Positions 1 through 7,307 of a DNA stretch of 8,804 bases are shown in pieces; position 1 is the first letter of the stretch; each line of letters begins with the position of its first letter. The position numbers were made by a program, and so were the translations under genes. A model generated the notes under the pieces. The model searched no databases, was not told the origin of the DNA, and worked only from the letters and a program-made list of their open reading frames with translations. Origin of the DNA: Chlorokybus atmophyticus (taxonomy: Eukaryota; Plantae; Mesostigma and Chlorokybus algae); assembly GCA_009103225.1 (NCBI GenBank), contig RHPI01000536.1:3578-12381 (forward strand), in the 5' to 3' direction.

Positions 1-141
1 AACCTCACCTACGAGCGGACCAGTGACGGGAGCATCGACCGCAGCAGCAGAGGCTCGCGCTCCATCTCCGGCTTCACCCCGCTCCACTCTACTCCTCGTC
101 ATCCAGCTTCTCCACTATCATCGAACAGCGACGACAATGAG

Positions 142-2886
142 ATGGAATCTTCCAGTTCAACCACATCCCTGCGCTTCTCCGGACGTGCCGGCACCACCTC
201 GCTGGATGAGTTCATCATCAAGTTCCACTCCAAGATGCGGCAGCAAGCACTGAAGAACAAAGACTGGTCAGATGAGATCTCTTTCCACATTGCTGCTCAG
301 TATCTTGATCATGAAGCACACGATGTCTGGAAGTCCGTTGCTGAACTGCATCGAGTAGACGGCTATGGCGAGCTTGCCAGCACCATAGCATCTGCAGCCC
401 GGCACCGTCCAGCAGGTGTCATTCCACCTGCCACTTCAGTTGCAGTAACAGGCTTGACCATAGTTGCAACTCTCAAGCAGGCAGAGGAGGAGGAACCAGA
501 GTTGGTACTTGTCAACTTGACCCCTGCAGAAGTTGAGTCCAAGGAGGCCACACGTCGAGTCCGCATCCTTGACCGTTCTGCCATCATCATTGAGGAACAA
601 AGAGCTGTACAGCAAGCGGCAGCCGCAGAGTGGGGTACTCCTCTACCTCCAGCAACACCTGGCTCTCGTGCAGGAGGCAGCGCTTTCACCCTCGGGTCAG
701 TAGCACTGCGCGCACCAGCCATCACCGTAGGTGCTGCCATCTCTGATTCTCCACTCAAGGACCTGTACGCTGCCCTGCGCCGTACCTTCCCTCCTCAGAC
801 CACCAGCAAGGTTGAGGAGCTGAGACGCTTCCGACGCAAGCCCAATGAGGATCCCCTCCGCTTGTACTCCAGACTGGAAGGTCTGCTGAAGGACACTGAC
901 TACAAGATTGTCAGTGAGGAGGCTGCTGCAGTAATATACGTCAATGAGTTGGATGCTGCTCTGAGCGAGTCGACACGCCTGACTCTGAACTACAGCAGGC
1001 CCCTTGGCTACACCCTCAAAGAAGCCTTCGAGACTGCACAAGCCATCCACAAGCGCTTGGTGTATGAGAAGGCAGTGCTGGACACCAACCGCAGCGCCGT
1101 ACGGCCTGTAGTCAGCACGACAACTGAGCCTCCTCGCCGCGACCGTGACCGGGACGCTCCACCAGCACGCGACAAAGGTAAACGGTCAGCTCATGCTGCA
1201 CTTGCTGTCCCTGTGCTGTGTCATCGCTGTGGACGGCATGGGCACTACCAAAAGGAGTGCACCGAAGAATACTCAACTTTGGTTTGCGACCACTGTCACA
1301 AGACTGGTCATTTGGAGTCAGTCTCCTGGCTCAAGTTCCCAGAGTTGAGGCCCGCCAACAGCTACAACCACAACTACCTCGGTGGCTACAACATCAACAA
1401 CACCGGGGGCCACACTGGCAACAACTTCAGTGGCTACAACAGTAACAACACTGGGGGCCACACTGGCAACCACTTCAGTGGCTACAATAGCAACAACACT
1501 GGAGCCCACAACAGCAACAACGCTGGTGGCAGTAACAACAACAAAAGCGCCAGTGTTCGCAAGGAAGAGCAAGGCTACAGGGGGAAGAACAGACCTCCTC
1601 AGCGTAAGGGACCAGTGACACGTCCGCGCGCTGCTGCTGTTGCCGCCAAGGCTTCAGCCAACCCACCAGCTGATGACCATATGGCAGCCCTCATGGCGCG
1701 TATGGCGCGCTTGGAGGAAGACAAGGAGCAGGACTACCGCGCCTGCTACGCTGCCCGATGGGCGCTGATGGCTGTAAAACGCGAGAGAGACAGGAACACT
1801 CCGTCCCACGTGCAACCATCACGACGAGCACGAGGGGAAGCTGCAACAATATCAGCAGGCATCTCCTCCGAAGCCACCAGTGGTGCTGCCTCCGCAGCAA
1901 CAGCCACACCGGCTACAACGTCGACTCCACCAACGTCAGCAGTACCCACTCCAGTTGCACCACAACCTGGTACACCGGTGGGCACCGTGACGCCGACGCC
2001 GGTGAGCACACTGGCAGCAGCCGCCATCTCTACCGAATCTGCACCAGTGGGCGCTGCACTTCCCACTGCAACAGTGCCTCTGTCCGTAGGCGTTGAGACA
2101 ACTCTCGCACCACCGACCGATACCGTCGCAACTGCCACAATGGCCATCGTCGAGCCCAGTGTCTCTGCAGCGACGCGCGCAGCCACTCTGCCCGCTCTCG
2201 ACGTCACTCAGGCTGTCCCAACTGGTCAGCAAGCTGAGCGAGCATGGGAAACCATCCTGCGCGGAGCAGACCCCACTACGATCGCCTTCAGTGGGGGGGG
2301 GGAGTGCACCACGCGTGTCGCCCGCGATGATCGCGTCTTCCCGCTACCAGAGGTTCACACCCTTCCAGCACTCACTCAACACCAGTTAGAAGATGAGATC
2401 CTTGCTGGCACTGCACCTCCGATGCGTGACAGGGTGTTTTTGATCAGCTACAGCCCACCTGTAGTGTTGGAGATGGCTCTGCAGCTGTTCTGGGCGTTGC
2501 ACCACAACATGCAGACCGCCCCGCGCCAGCCTGCACGCATGCCAACCACCACCTTTGAACCCAGCCCGTTGGACACGTATCGGGAACGCCGAGACGCCGT
2601 CCAGCAGCGCATCGCCGACGCAGCCGACCTGCCTTTGGGCACTGATGAAGCACTCGGACCTCCTACAACCGCTCGTCTTCATCAGCGCTACCACGCACTG
2701 GAACAAGCATATCATTGGCGACAGGATCAAGCTGCCGCCATTGCTGCACGTGAACAAGCTCTTGAAGCTACACGTGCACCAATACCTCAGTCACCAACTG
2801 CTGGTCCATCCTCCAGCACCACTCCGCTCTTCGTCGAGACCAACTCTGACCAAGCGAGGGCGTTGGCTCAACAAACCAGGGGGTGA
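142..2886 (+). CDS. gag: Gag-like polyprotein ORF1 (914 aa from ATG142; the frame is open back to base 1, so it may start upstream)
   Basis: Capsid-like motifs (RFSG...LDEFI.KF...W..E....A..L..EA..W; LRRTF...VEELRRFRRKPNEDPLRLYSRL), CCHC knuckles, TGA stop at 2884-2886. Confidence 0.88.
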   Translation: MESSSSTTSLRFSGRAGTTSLDEFIIKFHSKMRQQALKNKDWSDEISFHIAAQYLDHEAHDVWKSVAELHRVDGYGELASTIASAARHRPAGVIPPATSVAVTGLTIVATLKQAEEEEPELVLVNLTPAEVESKEATRRVRILDRSAIIIEEQRAVQQAAAAEWGTPLPPATPGSRAGGSAFTLGSVALRAPAITVGAAISDSPLKDLYAALRRTFPPQTTSKVEELRRFRRKPNEDPLRLYSRLEGLLKDTDYKIVSEEAAAVIYVNELDAALSESTRLTLNYSRPLGYTLKEAFETAQAIHKRLVYEKAVLDTNRSAVRPVVSTTTEPPRRDRDRDAPPARDKGKRSAHAALAVPVLCHRCGRHGHYQKECTEEYSTLVCDHCHKTGHLESVSWLKFPELRPANSYNHNYLGGYNINNTGGHTGNNFSGYNSNNTGGHTGNHFSGYNSNNTGAHNSNNAGGSNNNKSASVRKEEQGYRGKNRPPQRKGPVTRPRAAAVAAKASANPPADDHMAALMARMARLEEDKEQDYRACYAARWALMAVKRERDRNTPSHVQPSRRARGEAATISAGISSEATSGAASAATATPATTSTPPTSAVPTPVAPQPGTPVGTVTPTPVSTLAAAAISTESAPVGAALPTATVPLSVGVETTLAPPTDTVATATMAIVEPSVSAATRAATLPALDVTQAVPTGQQAERAWETILRGADPTTIAFSGGGECTTRVARDDRVFPLPEVHTLPALTQHQLEDEILAGTAPPMRDRVFLISYSPPVVLEMALQLFWALHHNMQTAPRQPARMPTTTFEPSPLDTYRERRDAVQQRIADAADLPLGTDEALGPPTTARLHQRYHALEQAYHWRQDQAAAIAAREQALEATRAPIPQSPTAGPSSSTTPLFVETNSDQARALAQQTRG
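172..1065 (+). other. Capsid (retrotransposon Gag) region of ORF1, boundaries approximate
   Basis: Helical pattern typical of Ty3/Gypsy CA, including an MHR-like LRRFRRKPNEDPLRLYSRL segment, lying just upstream of the zinc knuckles. Recognised by eye, no HMM run. Confidence 0.65.
1219..1260 (+). other. Zinc knuckle 1 (CX2CX4HX4C), nucleocapsid
   Basis: Translates to CHRCGRHGHYQKEC, an exact CCHC spacing. Confidence 0.95.
1285..1326 (+). other. Zinc knuckle 2, degenerate (CX2CX4HX4S)
   Basis: Translates to CDHCHKTGHLESVS. The last ligand is TCC (Ser), one base from TGC (Cys), and is followed by WLKFPELRP. Confidence 0.8.
1384..1509 (+). repeat. 48-bp coding tandem repeat, about 2.6 copies (GYNINNTGGHTGNNFS / GYNSNNTGGHTGNHFS / GYNSNNTGAH)
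   Basis: Units start at 1384, 1432 and 1480, e.g. ggctacaacagtaacaacactgggggccacactggcaaccacttcagt. Confidence 0.93.
1840..2226 (+). other. Thr/Ala/Pro/Ser-rich low-complexity linker in ORF1
   Basis: AATISAGISSEATSGAASAATATPATTSTPPTSAVPTPVAPQPGTPVGTVTPTP... Confidence 0.8.
2293..2302 (+). repeat. G10 homopolymer within ORF1 (frame preserved)
   Basis: agt GGG GGG GGG Gag at 2290-2304. Confidence 0.9.
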
Positions 2887-3995
2887 TCGCCCCGTTGCTG
2901 CCTGCGCTGGTGGAGGATCTACCCGAGGACCAAAGGGAGCCAGGGAGGGGCTACCTTACACCACAAGGGTGTACACAAAGAGATGGAGCAGGACTGGTTG
3001 GAGAGCAACAACTACGCACTGCTCTGTTGCGACAAGCAACCATGCTGCATCGTCAAGAAGGCATCGGTCTCCGACAGATGCTTGGGATGCGAGACAATGG
3101 CAACGCGGCACGCGCACGTTTAGTGACGTGGCTGGTCACCAACCATCCCGCAGTCCCGTTGTTCGCTTTCGGCGCCAGAATAGCGTGGGTGGACGCATTC
3201 CTTCGCTCCATACGGCAAGCCTATGATGAAGTGGCTTCCGCCGCCACTGACACTCTGGAGGGAGCTCTGGAGGCGATACTGAGTTTGCCAGGGGTGGAGG
3301 CAGGACGTCAGCGCAGGCGCATCGCCACTGCTTACGAGCAGCATGTCCAACAGCCAGAGACCCGGCTCACTGTACGCACACGAGCAATAACAGTGCTGGA
3401 AGTGGGAGTGGTCAACGGCAGATGGGATGCTTACATGGCAGGGATCCTCAGGGTGCCCACCATCACCCACGACATGAGAGCGCGGCTCCTACGCGCAGTG
3501 TACCTGCAGCCCATGCCTCAGAACCATCGCTATATAGATGCGGACAACAATGCGACGGCGACATGGGAAGGTACACTAGTCAGAGAGGCAGCCCATGCTG
3601 TGCGATGGACCTATGCAGAGGAGCAGGCTGCACGAGAGGCAGTCCCGCAAACACCAGGTCCTCCAGGGTTCCCGCCACAGCCACTGGCCACTCCTCCTGG
3701 CATGACAACAGCTGCACAGAGGGTCAACCCTCCTGCACCTCCACTTGGACAGGTTGCAGCAGCACCTCCAGTGCCTAGGCCACCACGCGTGTACCAGCAA
3801 CCGCGACAAGGACGGTTTGGACAAAGCCGAGGACAAGGAGGCCCACAAGATCCATCAGGCAGAGGAGCCCTGGCTGCCCTACGGTCAGGCCCCGCAGATG
3901 AGAGTAAAGCAACAGTCTCTCCACGCAAGAGGTTCCGTCGCTTCAAGAGGCTGCGCATCAACGCCAATGCAGCCATGATCGCCAACCAAGGCAAG

Positions 3996-4343
3996 CATGT
4001 GACCGTCAATGGGCGGGCACCCAAACGCGTGATGCTGGACACTGGAGCACAGCCTGTCATCATTGGGCGCTACCTCGCACGAGATCTCGGCATCACCAGC
4101 GCTGAGCTGCTTCCCTGTCCCTATCAGCTGGACACCGCAACCGGCAACCGTGACAAGGTACTCGGCCTTACCAAGCAGGCTGTGAGCATCCGCCTCACCG
4201 GACTAAACCCTTCCCACAGCACCGAGATTGTACAAAGGTGTGTGGTCACCGATGCCGGGTCCTTTGACCTACTGTTGGGACAGGACTGCAACTTCCCTGT
4301 CGGCATGGGGCTGGACTGCTGGACTGAGCAGGCATGGTTTCGA
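3996..4343 (+). other. Retroviral-type aspartic protease domain
   Basis: VTVNG...VMLDTGAQPVII (DTG at 4038-4046), flap region YQLDTATG, C-terminal FDLLLGQD (4263-4286). Confidence 0.92.
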
Positions 4344-4763
4344 CCACATTGGGATGAGGACGATGGAGAGGAGCAGGGATTCCTACCTCTCGAACTGGTG
4401 GCCAAGGACCGCTCGCAACGAAGATCGGCTGCAGCAGCCACCTACAGTCTTACAAAAAGCTCACGTGCGCCTCGTGCCCGGACGCAGCCAAGGACAACTG
4501 CAACGAGCTCGAGCCCGAGCCTAAACGCTGAAGAGGACTCCCCTACACCGTACGATGAGTCTCAGGAGACTGTCACCAAAGAAGTGGCCTTTCAGGAGCC
4601 ATCCGAGCGTCGCTGGAGCGCACAAGTAGCAGCACACATGCTGCTGACCAGGCCTCAGCTCACTGCACACTTCCCTGCCTACAAAGACCAGGCTACAGTG
4701 CAGGAGCAGTACCACATAGCTACGGGAGTTGTGGAGTTCCACATGTTCCGCCGACAACAAGGC

Positions 4764-5723
4764 ATCACCGTGCTGGAGCTGTTCGGAGGCATAGGCAGTG
4801 GGCTTGCGGCTGTCCTCAACACAGGAACAACAGTCACCAAGTACCTCTACTGTGACCCTGACCCTCATGCACAGGAGGCTCTGAGCCATCATTTACGACA
4901 GCTGCACCAGCGCTACCCGCAGCAGCTACCACTGTCGGCACTGCAAGGAAGCCAGAAGGCTCTACCGCAGGACATCCGCTGGATTACCAAGGATCACCTG
5001 CAGGCAGTCGGCAACATTGACCTGCTGATAGCAGGGTGGGAGTGTCAAGGGCACTCCAGGGCAGGCAGAGGCCAAGGGCTCTCGGATCCTCGCTCACAGC
5101 TGTTCTGGGAGCTAATGAGAGTCATCAAACTCCTACAGACCAGTCAGATCGCTAGGCCCTTGGGGTACATCATCGAGAATGTGCACTCCGAGGATGACAA
5201 GCGGCATCACGTCGCTAAGGCCTATCGACAAGTATGCTCCTTGCTAGGGCATCCTCTCAAAATCAACGCCGCGCGTCATGGATCTCGCGCACACCGCGTC
5301 CGCGCCAAGTGGACCAACCTGGCCATTGTGGAAGACCTGTTTCTGGCAGAGTACCTATACAGCAATCGGCCACGAAATCTCGTCGTCGATGACATCCTGG
5401 ACCCTGGACGCACAGCGCAACCAGTCACACGCCTTGACCACCACCACTTCTACCAGTGCAACCAGCCTTGTCAGCCGCGCCGCGCGCTACCCACACTTGT
5501 ATCCTATCCAGGCTCCTACGCGTTCCGCAATGCAGGCGACGGCATGGTGTTGGACTCCAACATTAGACAGCTGGAAGAACCCAATGCCCGCGAGCGCGAG
5601 CGTGCTATGGGATTCTTTCCAGGCAGCATCACAGGCTCCACGCTGACAACCAGTCAACAATGTCAGTTGTTGGGGCGCGCCATGGATCAGAACAGCATGG
5701 TGTGGTACTTGGAAATGTGCTTT
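4764..5723 (+). other. C5 cytosine DNA methyltransferase catalytic domain (DNMT3-like), in frame within pol
   Basis: Motif I VLELFGGIGSG (FxGxG 4782-4796); II YCD (4848-4856); III QDI (4968-4976); IV DLLIAGWECQGHS (Cys 5043-5045); V DPRSQLF (5085-5105); VI IIENV (ENV 5175-5183); VIII AHRVRAKWTNL (5289-5321); IX ERERAMGFFPG (5592-5624); X QLLGRAMD (5664-5687). Order and spacing are canonical. Confidence 0.95.
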
Positions 5724-5906
5724 GCTCTCCAGGACCGCCATGTGTCCTTCCAAGAGCTCGAACACCTGGCTGGGGGGTGGATTGCTCGCTTTTCAGAGAC
5801 CAAAGCAGCACACACCGCCCTCGAGACCGCCTACATGGAGGAGCAGGCAGCAGTCACTGTGGAAGACATTCTAGTGGTCGCCAACGCTACCTCGTGGTCC
5901 CACGCC

Positions 5907-6944
5907 ATTGGACCGCTGGCCACAGGCCAGACTCGAGAGCAACTCGAGGCTCTCCTCAGCAAGTGGAGGAGCCAATTCAGCTTTAGTGTGAAGGAGCTGG
6001 GCATCTGCTCAGCATACCAGATGGACATTGAACTAGTGGACACCGAACCGGTGTTCAGAAGACAGTACCGCCTCACCAAGCTAGAAGAAGACTTGGTGGA
6101 ACAGAGGTGCAAGGCGCTGCTAGATGCAGGCCTGATCGAGGAGTCCACATCGGACTTTGCGGCCGCGACCGTCATGCCCCTGAAGAAAGATTCGACAGGC
6201 AACTGGACAGACCGGCGCATGTGTGGCGACTATCGCCCCCTCAACAACAAGACCAAGCAGGACAGGTATCCAATGCCTACCGCAGAAGGCATCTTTGACG
6301 ATGCAGGAGAATGCACAGTCTTTAGTATCCTGAATATGCGCCAAGGGTACAACCAGATCGCCATCAAGGAGGAGGACAAGCACAAGACTTCCTTCTGGGG
6401 AAACCGGCAGCTGTACCAGTGGAAGGTTATGCCCTTCGGACTGAAGAACGCTCCGGCCAAGTTCCAGCGCGTCATGGACAAAGCCCTCAAGGGGTTGGAC
6501 TTCGCGCGCTGCTACATCGACGACATCCTCATCTTCAGTCACAGCAATGAGGAGCATCTCCAGCACATCGAAGAGGTGCTACAGAGGCTGAAGGAAGTCG
6601 GGATGACGGTGCACCCTGACAAGTGCACCTTCTTCACCCACAAGGTACCCTACCTAGGACACATGATTGTGCCCCATGGTGTGTACGTACAGCAGGCCAA
6701 AATGGAGGCATAGGTGGCTATCCCTGCCCCCACAGACCTCACGCGGCTGCGGGCCTGCCTCGGCCTTGCCAACTATTACCACCGATTTGTCAAAGACTTT
6801 GCCAAGATCGCAAGGCCTCTCAACGAACTACTCAAGAAGGACACCGAGTTCTTGTGGAAGGAGGCACAACAGGAGGCCTTTCAAGAGCTGAAGCTCCGCC
6901 TCACCACAGCTCCCATTCTGCAACGCCCTTACTACACCAGGTCG
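5907..6944 (+). other. Reverse transcriptase with thumb/connection (inactivated)
   Basis: RRMCGDYRPLN, DRYPMP, MPFGLKNAPAKFQR, YIDD (6513-6524), KC.F...V.YLGH, LGLANYYHRFV. The first catalytic Asp position reads LNMRQGY (AAT at 6333). Stop at 6711. Confidence 0.96.
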
Positions 6945-7307
6945 TTCATCCTGCACACAGACTGAAGCAAGCTCGGCATGGGGGCCGTGCTCGTACAGCA
7001 TGACAACAACAAGAAGGAGCGCGTAGTGTCGTACGCCAGCCGCAGCAACAACAGTGCTGAGGCCAACTACAGCAGCTACGAAGGGGAGTGTCTCGCCGCA
7101 GTGTGAGCCATCTCCTTCTTCCGACCCTTCCTGTTTGGACGGCAGTTCCAACTGGTCACTGACCATTAACCCCTCAAGTGGCTAATGAACAACCAGCACT
7201 TGACAGGAAAGTTAGCACGGTGGGCACTGCTGCTCCAGGAGTACGACTTCGAGGTGGAACACCGCGCAGGCCTTGCCAACCAGGATGCGGATGGCCTCAG
7301 CCGTAAC
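6945..7307 (+). other. Ty3/Gypsy RNase H (three internal stops)
   Basis: FILHTD*S, GMGAVL, VVSYASR, NYSSYEGECLAAV*A, LVTDH*PLKWL, KLARWALLLQEYDFEVEHRAG, ADGLSR. Confidence 0.94.

Noticed and set aside
1384-1509. CRISPR-like array
   Set aside because: The 48-bp units abut each other with no unique spacers, are in frame, and encode a peptide repeat.
2293-2302. G10 run as a hidden or programmed frameshift site
   Set aside because: ORF1 stays open for about 190 more codons with protein-like sequence, so no frameshift is needed. It is noted only as a slippage or sequencing-error hotspot.
4764-5723. Bacterial restriction-modification or orphan MTase gene, or contamination
   Set aside because: The domain is in frame with retroviral-type PR and RT, has no start/stop of its own and no neighbouring endonuclease, and shows DNMT3-like motifs.
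6711-6713. Programmed UAG readthrough, as in gammaretroviral gag-pol
   Set aside because: The stop lies inside RT rather than at the gag/pol boundary, and four more stops follow, some at conserved Trp/Gln positions.
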